A stretch of 64,000 bases of DNA. Origin: Mobula hypostoma (taxonomy: Eukaryota). Of this stretch, positions 1-12,406 are shown piece after piece. The stretch covers positions 191,768,001-191,832,000 of the forward strand of contig NC_086097.1 of the NCBI RefSeq assembly GCF_963921235.1. Reading direction: 5' to 3'. The stretch's first letter is position 1. Every line of letters starts with the position of its first letter. A model generated the notes under the pieces. That model did not search any database. It was not told the DNA's origin and saw only the letters and a program-made list of their open reading frames with translations. A program made the position numbers and the translations under genes.

Positions 1-29
1 TTAACATCAGACTGTATATTTTATTTCAG

Positions 30-134
30 CTTTATTGGTGAAGAGTCAGTTGCAGATGGAGCAGCAAGTATACTTACAGACAATCCCACGTGGATAATTG
101 ATCCCGTTGATGGGACCACTAATTTTGTCCACAG
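30..134 (+). CDS. IMPA1: Inositol monophosphatase 1, internal coding exon ([35 protein letters not shown]); upstream exons lie outside the window
   Basis: tttcag acceptor at 28-29 and gtatga donor at 135; 105 nt; carries the IMPase metal-binding motif WIIDPxDGT. Confidence 0.96.
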
Positions 135-308
135 GTATGATAATTTAGCTGCGATAGGTTTTATGTTTGTGGAGAAGTGTATATCGTATGAGCAGTCTAG
201 GACTGGTTTGTGTTGCTAAACATAACACAAATTGTTTTGGAATCACTGAAAAGACTGAAATTTGGAGAAATGGCAATTGGTTGCTCATTTCAGACTTCTG
301 TTTTACAG

Positions 309-354
309 ATTTCCTTTTGTAGCAGTTTCTATTGGATTTTATGTGAATAAACAG
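309..354 (+). CDS. IMPA1: IMPA1 exon (FPFVAVSIGFYVNKQ)
   Basis: ttttacag / gtaatg splice sites; 46 nt; frame continuous with both neighbours. Confidence 0.95.
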
Positions 355-973
355 GTAATGCAAATTTGATGAACAGAAATATTTACTTTGTAGTATTGCA
401 TTATTTAACATTGAGAAATATTTGTGAACAATGGGAGTGTTGTGAAGTTTGCATTCAGCTTGAGTAGGTGAAATTAGATTGTGGAATACATTCAGTTCTA
501 GTCTTGAAATTTGGCCGCTCCCCCTAACCTATGTCGTCTCACAGCCTAGCAATTACAGAAATTTAAATACCTATCCTCAATCTTGCACTGTTCTACTGTA
601 AGTATAGTCTGCATTCATTCCAATGATAAACACGCTTGCTACTTCCTTTATTACTGCTGTTAACTATGCATCTACCCCTTTTGCCACTAAGCTGAAATTG
701 TCTTTCTGAACTCACACATCCTGCATGTTTCTTCCTTTCAAGATGCTGTCTAAATTCTATCTCTTTGACTATTAATTTGTTACAGTCCTTCATAATAAAC
801 AATGTATTTTGTATGATTAGATTCTTGTGAAGCATCTTGCAGCATTTAATTTTGCTAAAGTGGCTCTATGACTGCATGTCAATCTGTAATTTTGTTTCTT
901 CAATTTAATACAAGCTATGAAGCTGATATATTTTATAGTGTACTGATCATCTTGTTTTCTGTATATCACACAG

Positions 974-1082
974 AGTGAAATTGGTGTTATATATAGCTGT
1001 GTGGAGGACAAGATGTACACAGCTCGAAGAGGGCAAGGAGCATTTTGCAATGGGCACCAGTTGTGTGTTTCTAAACAGGAAA
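974..1082 (+). CDS. IMPA1: IMPA1 exon (SEIGVIYSCVEDKMYTARRGQGAFCNGHQLCVSKQE)
   Basis: cacag / gtatgt splice sites; 109 nt; matches IMPA1 MYTARKGKGAFCNG. Confidence 0.95.
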
Positions 1083-1820
1083 GTATGTTAATGTTTTTCA
1101 CTTGCTCTAAGATAGCGAGAATGGCAATCTTGGGGCTTTGGCAACAACTATAAAGCAAGACTTTAAGGCTCCCTTGCTTTGCAGGATTTCAAAATAAAAC
1201 ATTATAGAAGTAATAGATGACTGGTGATGAAGAGTTAGTGAAGAGAAAATGGGATGTTTATATTGGTTACACATAGCATATCTGAAAAAATGCCCAAATT
1301 TACTATTCAGTTGATTATAGTGGTCATCATAGTTAATTTTTTTAAAAATCACAATTTATGTATTGCTTTAAAACTGCTCATTTGAATTGAATTATTTAGA
1401 AATGGCACCCTAGATTGATTTTCTCCTAAGACACGTTGAATAAACAGGATGCTTAGCACGGTCTTATCATGTCGCTTTTGCAGTGGAAAGGAATATTTCC
1501 ATTTGAAAATCTTAAATCTCCACACTGAAATTCAAACACTTGGATCTGATGTGCAATGATCATGAGTAAATTAGCTTTGCCAGGAAGTTGAAGGAGATGT
1601 ATTTCTGTAGAATGAGGTCAGTGTGCATTTCTTTTCACTGGATTAAAGAAGTCTAATGTGTAAAGATGTTCCTTTTTTTTTAAGATAACTGACTTTTTTG
1701 ATAGTACTAAATACATAGTTGGGTTCCTGGTTGCAAAGTGATTAAATGTTCAATAGTATTGCTAAACTCTAGTGATTGTGATTTTGCAAACACTACTTTG
1801 CAAAATGACGAGTTAATCAG

Positions 1821-1963
1821 AAAACACACATAGAAGTTGCTGGTGAACGCAGTGGGCCAGGCAGCATCTCTAGGAAGAGGTACAGTTGACGTTTCGGGCC
1901 GAGACCCTTTGTCCTGAATGTGTGTTGCTTGAAATTCCAGCATCTGCAGATTTCCTCGTGTTT
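1821..1963. mobile_element. Short Penelope-derived (pLTR) insertion with internal inversion, in an IMPA1 intron
   Basis: 11-bp direct repeat GAGTTAATCAG at 1810-1820 and 1964-1974; same sequence family as 8985-9090 and 43403-43634; contains a truncated hammerhead-like segment. Confidence 0.7.
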
Positions 1964-2874
1964 GAGTTAATCAGGAAGTTTATTTAATATTTTGCTTGTT
2001 AGATTAAACCACTGACAATGTCTTAATGTTCTATTTGTGCATTAAGTTTTATATGTTATTAGTATCATTTCTAGGTACATATTACTCCCCCCGTTTCTTT
2101 TTTGTTTTTTTAGTTTTTTGATGCTGAAATGTAACACCGTGAATATAGGCAATTCTTTAGTAACTTGTGCACATTTCAAGTTTTGGCAAACTCTTTGATA
2201 GCACAAATCGTGGTAGCCCAATTCATTCAGCTGAACCACTGTGTTTTTGTGCATGGTCAGCAGGTGGAGAATTCTGGTTAAAGTTTCCATATGGGTTTAC
2301 TGTCAAATTGTAGTACTCTTGCTGAAATCTGATAACATAACATAAGGCAGGAACCTAGCTTAGTGCAACATTAGGTTATATATTTACCTTTTTACCGCAA
2401 GAGGTGTGATTATAACATTTATGTTTGATCCTTACTGATTTTTCATTCATAATGGACAAATTTTGTAAACACAATGAGATAAAAACAGAAATTTTAGATG
2501 CAATTAATTGGCAGCATCATAGAATTGCAAGAACAGAAAATGTTTATAGTTATATATATTTGAATTCAGTGTTGTGCCACATGTGGCACTACTCCTTGAG
2601 CTTGTATTGAGTCTCATTGGAGTCTCAGGGGAGCTAAAAATTAAAAATACAAATGAAATGGGGAATTAAAGTGTCAGGCAACTCGAGGTCTGTGGTTACT
2701 CTTACAAATTAAACAGGTGTGTACTATGAAGTGTTAATCAATTCTACATTTGGTTTCCCAATGTACAGGAGATAACTAGTGAGCAGGTGAAATTGGAAAA
2801 AGTATATGTAAGTTGCTGCTTCACCTTGAAGAAATACCTGGGCGCTTGAATGGTGGGAAAGAGCGAAGGGTCTT

Positions 2875-3015
2875 TTAAGAGACTCTTAGAATAGGGTACA
2901 TGGAGCTATGTGGTAGGGAAATTCGAGGCAGCTTCTAGAGTAGCTTACATGGTTGGCACAACATTGTGGGCCAAAGGGCCTGTAATGTGCTGTAGATTTT
3001 CTATGTTTCCATGTT
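2875..3015 (+). mobile_element. CR1 3' tail fragment
   Basis: Matches the 3' UTR and (tctatgtt)-type tail of the CR1 copies at 26130 and 46130. Confidence 0.65.
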
Positions 3016-3274
3016 TGTAAAAGGGTAGGTGTTGCAATTTGGATAAGATTTGGACAGTATTTTGAGTCTTGCTGTACTTGGATATGTGGTCATAAGCTTC
3101 TAATTCCAAATTGTTAACACCTGTAAAAATCTAATAATCCACAAATAATTTGAAGAAAATGAAAAGTAATCTGGTAGTATTTTCTTATTATTTTCCATTA
3201 TTGTTGCATAACTGCCATTTATATATCCTATCATGTCTTTCTGTGTAGTTGAATAATTACTTTAAATTTTATAG

Positions 3275-3383
3275 ATATAAGCAAAGCTCTTATTGTAACT
3301 GAGCTTGGATCTAATCGCACACCAGAGATTGTGAAGACGGTACTTTCAAACATGGAGAAATTAATTTCTATTCCAAGCCATGG
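3275..3383 (+). CDS. IMPA1: IMPA1 exon (NISKALIVTELGSNRTPEIVKTVLSNMEKLISIPSHG)
   Basis: ttttatag / gtaggt splice sites; 109 nt; VTELGS.RTPE and LSNMEKL are IMPA1-like rather than IMPA2-like. Confidence 0.95.
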
Positions 3384-3429
3384 GTAGGTATCTTTCACAA
3401 GTGAAATATAAAACTAATTTACATTAAGG

Positions 3430-3730
3430 TGTGGTACAGTAGTGTTGCACTTAGCATAACACACCACAGCAGCAGTGATATGGGTTCAATTCCCACCACT
3501 GTCTATAAGGAGTTTGTACATTCTCCCCATGATCGAGTAGGTTTCCTTCCATATTCCAAAGACCTGCGGGCTAGTAAGGGTTAATAAGTTGTGGGCATGC
3601 AATGTTGCTGCTGGAAACATGGCGACTAGCGCTGCCCCCAGCACATCCTTGAACTGTGTTGGTTGTTGATGCAAATGACACTTTCACTCTATGCTTTGAT
3701 GTATATTTAACAAATAAAGCAATAAAGCTA
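3430..3730 (+). mobile_element. tRNA-derived SINE
   Basis: B-box-like GGTTCAATTCC at about 3483-3493, body and aataaagc tail; related copy on - at about 41420-41635. Confidence 0.65.
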
Positions 3731-4949
3731 ATCCCTCTAATGTGCTATTCAATAGGATAAGGCTTTTCTTAATAGTTAGCAAGCAATTGCTTTGTTTGAA
3801 ACTCCCAGGATGATTTGAGAAGCTTTATCACTTTTGGATCCAGTTTTCAAGACTAGTCCCAAATCATTCGCTCTTGTTTGTTGAGCCACTGACAGGAAAG
3901 ATCCTCCTTTGAATTGCTTCAGCAGTATCAAATGCAATATTTTGTGCATGGATTTAAAAACAATGGGCTAGAGAGAACTGATATGTCAAGAAAAACTGAA
4001 TAAATGACATCAAACTTTCAGATTATGAAAGGAATGTCAGATAGTCTTTAAATATGATTTCCAGAAAATGAACAGAGTGGAAGGCAATATCATTAGCAAG
4101 GACGTATCCAAGCGCAATTAACTGCTGAGATTAACTGTGGCATGAACTGAGCTTTCTGGTCCTGATTTTTGAGGCCTTGTTTGCCAACAAGACTTTGCAT
4201 AACATAATGGAGTCATGTAAGCAAGCCCCATCCTTCAACAGTTCTCAGCTTTACTACCTGTCAAAACTCTTTCAATAATTCTGGAAGTTACCAAGATTCA
4301 GAAGGATTTAAAAACAGCTACTGATAATGGAAAAATAATTAAACAAATAACTTCACAAAAAGACCTTTAAGTAATATTATTCTGAACACTAAAATATTCT
4401 TTCTTGAAGCTTTAAAATCTCCACTCAGTTGATTATGTAAACTAATTCTTTCAAGTTCAGTTGTTGAATCCCATAAAAAATTCATTGCTGCATGTATTAA
4501 TGGGTTTTCTGGCAAATATCTGTCCATAATTTTAGGCTTTTGCATTCAAATATGCATACTCTGCTGTCTCAAGATGGAATTTACACAGACAGATGTAAAC
4601 ACTTCATTTCTTGATTTCTCCAACTATTCCACAAAATCATAATTTTTATTAGCACTGAGGATGCCAGGGGCACATTTGGATTTTGAGAGACTACTGTAGG
4701 TAGTAGTTGGAGAAAAGGGAAAAATCATTTACAATATGGTATGGTACATAGGGTGAAGTGAATGGAGTGTGTGTACTGTGGACAAAAACAAATGTTCAAA
4801 CCTTGGACAACTGGGAGTTTATAGTAATAGGTATAGCAGTAAGGTGATGTGGGAATCCCGTTTGGGATCATTACTGTTGGGTGAGGTCAATAATATCTTT
4901 AGATTTTACCTTAAAACTGACTGAATTTATCAATAGGGCAGGTAATTAC

Positions 4950-6490
4950 TGGTTGAAGTTTACAAATATTGGGATCTCTTCTGGCGAAGGAATGACCTAT
5001 ATGAAAAAGATGGGTTACACCTAAATCCAAGGGGAACCCATATCCTTGTGTGCAGGTGTGCTAGAACTTTTGAGGAGGGTGTAATCTAATTTGGCAGGGG
5101 GATGGGAACTGGAGTGATAGGGCTGAGGATGGGGCAGTTGGTGTTCAAGTGGATGCAGTGAGGCTGAAGAAGGACTGGCAGATGATAGGGCAAAATTTCA
5201 GTCAATGGGATGAGTTATAGTATAACATGGCAAAATTGAAAAGGGTGGTGAACACAGGACTGAAGGTGTTACATTTGAATGCATGCAGTATATGGAATAA
5301 GAGAGATGATCTTGGAGTGCAGTTAGGCATTGGCAGGTATGACATTGTGGCATCACTGAATTGTGACTGAAAGAATATAGTTGGGAGCTTAACATTCAAG
5401 GATACATATTGTATCAAAAAGTCAGGCAGATAGGCAGAGGGGATGGGGTGGCTCTGTTGATAAAAAATAAAATTAAATCCTTAGAAAGAGTTGACATAGG
5501 ATTGAAAGATGTAGAATCCTTGTGGATAGAGTTGAGAAACTGCAAGGCAAAATGACACTGAAGGAAGTTATATACAGGTCTGGAAACAGTAGACAGGATG
5601 TGGGATATAAATTACAATGGGAGATAGAAAAGGCATTAGTGTTGAGGAAGAAGGGAGTTAGAAGGAGTTAGACATTCTGAGAGAATGGGCAAAGAAATGG
5701 CAGATGAAATACATATTTGGGAAGTGTACGCTCATTCATTTTTGTAGAAGGAATAAAAGCAAAGACTATTTTCTAAACAAATTTTTTAAAAATTGAGATG
5801 CAAAGGGACTTGGAAGTCCTTGTGCAAAATTCTCTAAAGGTTAACTTGCAGGTTGAGGTAATGGCAAGGAAGGCAAATATAATATTAGCATTCATTTTGA
5901 GAAGGCTAGAATATAAGAGCAAGGATGTAATGCTGAGGCTTTATAATGCATTGGTTGGACCGTACTTGGAATATTGTGAGCAGTTTTGGGCCCCTTATCT
6001 AACAAAAGATGTGCTGGGATGGGAGGGTTCCAGAGGTGGTTTACGAGAATGCTTCTGGGAATGGAAGGGTTAATGTATGAGGAGTGTTTGATGGCTCTGG
6101 GCCTGTACTCACGGGAGTTTAGAAGAATGAGAGGAATCTCATTGAAATCTATCAAATATTGAAAGGCCTAGATTCAGTGGATGTGCAGAGGAAGTTTCCT
6201 ATGATAGGTGAGTCTCGGACCAGAGGGCACAACCTCAGAAAAGATGGATGCCCATTTAGAACACAGATAAGGAGAATTTCTTTAGCTAGAAAGAAATGTG
6301 GTGGTGAATCTGTGGAATTCATTGCCGTGGACAGCTGTGATGACCAAATCACAGAGTTTATTTAAAGTGGAAGTTGATAGTTTCTTGATTAGACAGTGTG
6401 TCAAAGGTTATGGGGAATAGGCAGAAGAATGAGGTTAAAGGGGATAATCAGATATGATGGAATGGCCTGCTTCTGCCTGTGTCTTATAAT
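4950..6490 (+). mobile_element. Decayed CR1 LINE with a large internal deletion
   Basis: ORF1 end and APE endonuclease fragment (LKVLHLNACS) joined at about 5635 to the RT C-terminus (LEYCEQFWAPYL) and 3' UTR. Confidence 0.85.
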
Positions 6491-6647
6491 ATCAAAAATA
6501 ATTAAGGGAAGATGCTTCACTGCATGGGACATATTAACCTTTTACCAGGGGAACAATTTCACTGTGCACTTTAAAGGAGTTGGGGGAGGGAAAATTTTGT
6601 GAGGAGAGTTTACATTAAGCTTAAATTATTTCTTGAATATTTTTCAG

Positions 6648-6799
6648 AATTCGAGCTTTAGGATCTGCAGCAATAAACATGTGCATGGTGGCATCTGGTG
6701 GTGCGGACGCCTACTATGAAATGGGTATTCACTGCTGGGATATGGCAGCAGCTGCACTCATTGTCACAGAGGCTGGTGGTGTTGTGGTGGATATATCAG
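6648..6799 (+). CDS. IMPA1: IMPA1 exon ([51 protein letters not shown])
   Basis: ttttcag / gtagcc splice sites; 152 nt; second IMPase signature WDxAAAxLIVxEAGG. Confidence 0.96.
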
Positions 6800-7960
6800 G
6801 TAGCCTTGAATATTCTGTTTTGTAAATGTAACATAGTATTTTTTAGATCATAGTTTTCCTAGTAAAAGAGTAATCTTGTTACATCTACAATCCCAATTCA
6901 CAATCTTTTCAACTCTAATCTTCTTAATCCACGTGTTCTTTGCTACCAGCATTACTTTTTCCTCAGTACAGGATCTTGGCCCAAAACATTGACTATCTCA
7001 TTGCCTCCAATTCCGCTTGACCTGCTGAGTTTGCTTTTTGGCCAGATTTCAGCACCTATAGTTTCTTGTGTGCCAGCATTTTGTATTGTGTCTCTCAGTT
7101 TACTTTGTTACCTTTCTAATTGTGTTGTTGTATACATCCAATATCCACACTCTGGCCATCTGCAATTTCTTACTGTAACAAACTGAATTACTTTTAGCTC
7201 CGACACCAGACTCATTACCGTTGTCACCATTTCCACTTCGCTCCCCTGCACTGTTGCCATCTGAGGCAGATCACTAGCATCTTTGCATCCTTTTCTGATC
7301 CATCTGTGCTTTTTTTAATCTAACCCAAGGAACCACAAGTTTTAAATTCTTATCCACATGGATTCAATGCTCCTATCTGTCAAATTAATTTTAATTGTAC
7401 ACCATCTATATTGTCTCCATATTCCTGGCTCTGGTCCTTTATGTATCCTTTTAACTCATTGCCCACAATTTTCATCTGTGATTTTGGCTTTTAGGGTCTA
7501 CTATCTGCAATTCCCTTACAGAATTACTGTTGCTCTCAACTTCCCAACTGCCTTTTCCTTTAATTTGCTTCAAACATTCATCATTATACATATTTCTGTT
7601 CACTTCTAAGTATTACTTGGTTTAGTGTCAGTTTTATTTTGCTAGTCTCTGAAGTGAATTAAAGCCCCTGATTTTAAAGGTGTTGTTTAATTGGATGTTG
7701 CTTGCCTATCAAATTCAACAAAATTAAGTTTCATGCTAATGGTACAAGATTTATTGTCTGATTTGTTTCCACACTGTCTGTAGAACAAAGGTAGAAATCC
7801 TGGAGCTACTTTATGTGCCAGGCAACACTTGTGCTTTCTCTATAGATACTATCTGAATTCCTGAGTATTTCCAGCAAATCTTTTTATTTTGGAATTCTAG
7901 CACTGGTTTGTTTTGCCTTTTACTATTAATATTTATTTTCTTTGATATATTTTATTTTAG

Positions 7961-8076
7961 GAGGCACATTTGATCTGATGTCACGCAGAATGATTGCTGC
8001 AAGTACCAAGGCAATTGCAGAAAGGATTGCACAGGAAATTCAAATAATCCCTTATCAGAGGGATGATCAGGAATAA
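7961..8076 (+). CDS. IMPA1: IMPA1 final coding exon (GTFDLMSRRMIAASTKAIAERIAQEIQIIPYQRDDQE*)
   Basis: ttttag acceptor; TAA at 8074-8076; C-terminus matches IMPA1 FDLMSRR...QRDD. Confidence 0.95.
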
Positions 8077-8458
8077 TGATAATGAAATGTATTTCTTAAA
8101 AGTTTATTATATGTAATCCAATTTAAATAGATGTTCATATTGTCTGCGTATGTACTAAGAATACTTGAACCCGGTAAGTGAAAATGATAAATTGGTCAGG
8201 TTCAGTATCTGATATGAATGTGCTTGTAGCACAGTTTCATTGAATATTATAAATGTTATCAATATTCTACCAAAAAAAAATCCTGCTTCTGCTGAAGTTG
8301 ATGGATTAGAGTAATATAATTAAAATTTGGATCTTTACTATCATTTGTTGTATGGGATATTTCCTTGTAATTGAATGGTATACAAAAGCTTATCTTCTTT
8401 ATATTTAATGAGTGGAAATAAGTACATAAGTGAAATGCAATTTATACATATATGTAAT

Positions 8459-8464
8459 AATAAA
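8459..8464 (+). promoter_or_regulatory. Candidate IMPA1 polyadenylation signal AATAAA
   Basis: AATAAA in AT-rich unique sequence about 380 nt after the stop codon; no transcript evidence. Confidence 0.4.
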
Positions 8465-8751
8465 AGGGGTTGATATCAGTTGAATATTGTTATGCCATGC
8501 ACTTTTCATGTGGAAAGACTTGGTATTTTTATCAGATACATCCAGAAATTTTTTAACAGATTTTTTAAAAATTCTATCCATTCTTGCTTGCAGGACATCT
8601 GTTATCCTTGGTCAGTGAGCTTCAGATCTAATTCCTAAATTAATCTTTTTGTCTTTTTCAGCTTTACTTAATTTTCCTCGCTGAGCAATTTTAAAATGCT
8701 GTGCTCCTTTGAGACTGTTCAGTCATATTATTTAAATTATGTGCTTCGATT

Positions 8752-8840
8752 AGGAAACTGCTTTGCCGAGCACCTATGCCCTGTCTGCAAGAATAGGCGG
8801 GATCTCCCAGTGGCCACCCATTTCAATTCTAACTCTCCTG
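8752..8840 (+). mobile_element. Penelope GIY-YIG endonuclease fragment
   Basis: Translates as GNCFAEHL...RDLPVATHFNS; inverted homologue of about 9505-9590. Confidence 0.6.
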
Positions 8841-8984
8841 TTGCTTACGAGTGAACAGGTTAATTAGGTGTTGTAAGATCCTCAAATTTTAGGAATTATT
8901 GGGCTATTTTTGTGGGTAATCATCTGTTGTAAATTATGAAAAGTAACACAACTTCATGTATACCAAGAAAGGTTAACAAATGGT

Positions 8985-9730
8985 GGAACACACATAGTAT
9001 GCTGGAGAAACTCAGCAGGCCAGGCAGCATCAATGGAGAAGAATAAACAGTCAGTGTTTCAGGCTGATACCTTTCATCAGGACTGGAGAAAAGCTGAGAA
9101 GTTAGAGCAAGAAGGTGGACGGCGAGGAGGAAGTACTAGGTGATTGGTGTTACCGGGAAGGAGAGAGTGGTGAAGTAAAGAGTTGGGAAGCTGATAGATG
9201 AAAGAGGTAAAAGGTTGGGGAAGGGGGAATGTGATAGGACAGGGTAGTAGACCATGGAAGAAATGGAAGGGGGAGGAGCACCAGAGGGAGGTGATGGGCA
9301 GGTAAGGAGATGAGGTGAGAGAGGGGAATGGGAATGAGGAAGGAGAGAAATTACTGGATGTTCGAGAAAGCACTGTTCACGGCATCAGGTTGGAGGCCTG
9401 AGGCCTATAGGAGGACTATAAGGTGTTGCTCCTCCAACCTGAGTGTGGCCACATCGTTGCAGTGGAGGAGGTCATGGACTAACATGTCGGGATATGACTG
9501 AGAAGTAGAATTAAAATTGGTGGCCACTGGGAGATCCCACTTTTTCTAGCAGATGGAGCATAGGTGCTGGGCAAAGCGGTCTCCTAATCTACATCGGGTC
9601 TCACCGATATACAGGCAGCTGCACTGGGAGCACCTGACCCCAACAGACTCACAGATGAAGTGTTGCCTCATCTGCAAGGACTGTTTGGACCCTGAATGGT
9701 AGTGAGGGAGGAGATGTAGGGGCAGGTGTA
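8985..9730 (-). mobile_element. Penelope-like retroelement 3' fragment (GIY-YIG endonuclease plus pLTR)
   Basis: Minus strand encodes decayed TCPYISSLTTIQGP...RCSQCSCLYIGETRCRLGDRFAQHL, then a pyrimidine-rich tract and a pLTR with a hammerhead motif. Confidence 0.8.
9048..9085 (-). ncRNA. Minimal type I hammerhead ribozyme remnant in the Penelope pLTR (cleavage triplet degenerate)
   Basis: Minus strand: CAGUC-CUGAUGA-a-AGG-uaucag-CCU-GAAAC-acu-GACUG; helix I, core and helix II are present. Confidence 0.6.
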
Positions 9731-12406
9731 TTTTGATGCCAGCTATTTATTCTTAGAAGATATGGACTAGAATTAAGAACAGAGCAACTAAAACTAATTC
9801 AAATCAAATAAACAATTCCCACTAATGTAATTGTTCCCACCTATTGCACAGTTCAGTTTTGACCTTAACCTTCTGGTTGGTTGTATATTCATGGAGCCAT
9901 CCTTCGCCACTGTTTCAAAAGGGGTATACTTTAGGTGTCTGAAATTTGTATTCAGAGGTTTTTGGAACAAGGGGTTCTGCTAGCTGGGATTTCCTACCAT
10001 TGTAAATATGTATTGCTGTAAATTTACCTATGTTCAAAATGTTAAAGTTAAGTAAGTGATTATAGCAATTAATTGTTTATTGTTATCTTTGATTTGAAGC
10101 AGAAAACATCCTGTCAAAAGTGGGGTTCTCCTAGACACTCTCACCTGGAAGTTTGCTGTGTAAATGAAGACTTTTATATTTCCCAGTTACAGATTCTGTG
10201 TGGCTCAGTTTTAGTTGGGCACATTTGGGTGCTTGTCTGGGACACATTCATGACCCATTAAGTGGCCTGACCTCAGCAGTTTAAGGGTTGGAATTTCTTT
10301 TTAAGAATAGCATCCCACACTTAGATCCGTTCAGGTCAACAGCCACAGGATCACAAAATATCAAAGAACATGGCAGAGAACTTAACTGGTAAATATGAAA
10401 GTGTGGTGTGTGTTTGTCTAAGAGTGAGATTCTCTTGGACTATCTCCTGGAGGTTTACTGTGTGAATAAAGGCTTTTATATTCGCAGTCAAAACTTCTGT
10501 ATGGCTCAGCTTTAGTTAGCCACAACAGGAGAAACATTTTATGAAGGCTCAGCTTACTTCCACGGATCATGGTTTTCTAGAAAGCTACTGCAGACATAGT
10601 AAAATCCGGAATCAGCAAGCATTGGGATTTGTTCACTTGCAGGGTTTCCGTACATATTAGGGGCAACCTATTTCACATTCACTTAACTATATACCAGCTC
10701 AGGAAGTGATTTTACAGTCCACAAGGAATAGTCTTACATCAGTGTGTATCTGATGTACAACCATTTGGAAGAATTTCATGTAGAATGGCTTCACCTACCA
10801 AGGCCTCAAGGTCCAGAATTCCTTCAGACATGTCTCTTTGATTCAATAAACCCTTCACCATGTTGCAGGCAGCCAAACAATCCATCTCTCACATCTGTGG
10901 AGGCCTTCTCTTTGAACAGTCAGTTTCCATCGTGAACCTATAGTCTGCTTGGAATATTGAATGGCCTCTGCCTAAGTGAAATCCCAGAAAGGAGTTCATT
11001 CTGGCACTTGTGATGGAACAAGTGACATGGAACTTTGATGTACTGCACAATTAGATGTTCAGCATTTTACCCAAAAGGGTTTAAACTACTGGAGGTAAAA
11101 TTTTGCATAGCCATTTGTTCCTCTCTGTTTAAATTTTATTTCTTTCTTTTTGATCAGGGCTGATCCATTTGCCAATCTCCTGCCTTCTCCCCATAACCTT
11201 TCATGCTCTGACTAATCAAGAACCTTTCAACCTCTGCCTTAAATACACCCAATGACCTGGACTTCTTCATATTGTTCTAAATGGACATCACCCAATTCTG
11301 AGGCTGTGATCACTGCTCCTAGACTCCCCCACTGTAGGAAACATCCTTTCCACATCCACCGATTCTAGTCTTTTCAACATTTCATAGTTTGAATGAGATC
11401 TCCCTTCATTCTTCTAAATTCCAGTGAGTACATGAGAAGTCATCAAACACTCCTTATAGGATCAGTCTTTCATTTCTGGAATCATTGTCACGAACTTGCA
11501 TTAAATCATCTCCAATGTCAGCACTTCCATTCTTAAATAAGGGCTCATAATGCTCCAACAGAGGCCTCAACAGTATATCCTTGCTCTCATATTCTAGTCC
11601 TCTCAAACTGGATGCTCAGGGCTGATCCATTTGCCAATCTCCTGCCTTCTCACCACTGACTCAACCTGCATGTTACCTTTAGGAAATCTGGCATGAGGAC
11701 TCGCAAGTCCCTTTCACCTCAGAATTTTGAATTCTCCCTCCCCCCCATTTAGATAATAGTCTACGCTTTTATACCTTCTACCAATGTGTTTGACCATACA
11801 CTTACCAACACTGTATTCCATCTGCCATTTCTTTGCCCATGCTCCTAAACTGTCTTAAGTCCTGCACCTCCCTGCTTCCTCATTACTACTGGCTGCTCTT
11901 CCTATCTTCTATTGTCCACATACTTGGGCATAAAGCCATCAACTGCATCATCCAAATCATTGACATATAACGTGAAAAGAAATGGCCCCAACACTGACCC
12001 CTGTGGAACACCACTATTCACTGGCAGCCAATCAGAAAAGGCTCCCTTTATTCCTACTGTTTGCTTCATGTCAGTCAGCTAATGCTCTATGTTAATGCCT
12101 TCCCCATAAAACCATAGGCTATTATTTTGCTAAGCAGCCTCATATGCAGCACCTTATTAAAGGCTTTCTGAAAGTCTGAGTAAACAACATCCACCGATTC
12201 TCCTTTGTCTATGAAGAAGAAGTTTTTTTTCTCAACCAATTCCAACATATTTGACAGGCAAGATTTCCCTTTGGAAATAATTCACTTTTTAGCCTATTAT
12301 ATGCCTCCAAGTACCCTGAACTCATCCTTAACAATCAACTCCAACATCTTCCCAACCACTGAGATCAAGCTAACTGGCCTATAGTTTCCTTTCTTCTGCC
12401 TCTCTC

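Noticed and set aside
6661..6672. IMPA1 GSAA versus human GTAA as a functional novelty
   Set aside because: This is a conservative change common across the IMPase family; the metal ligands are intact.
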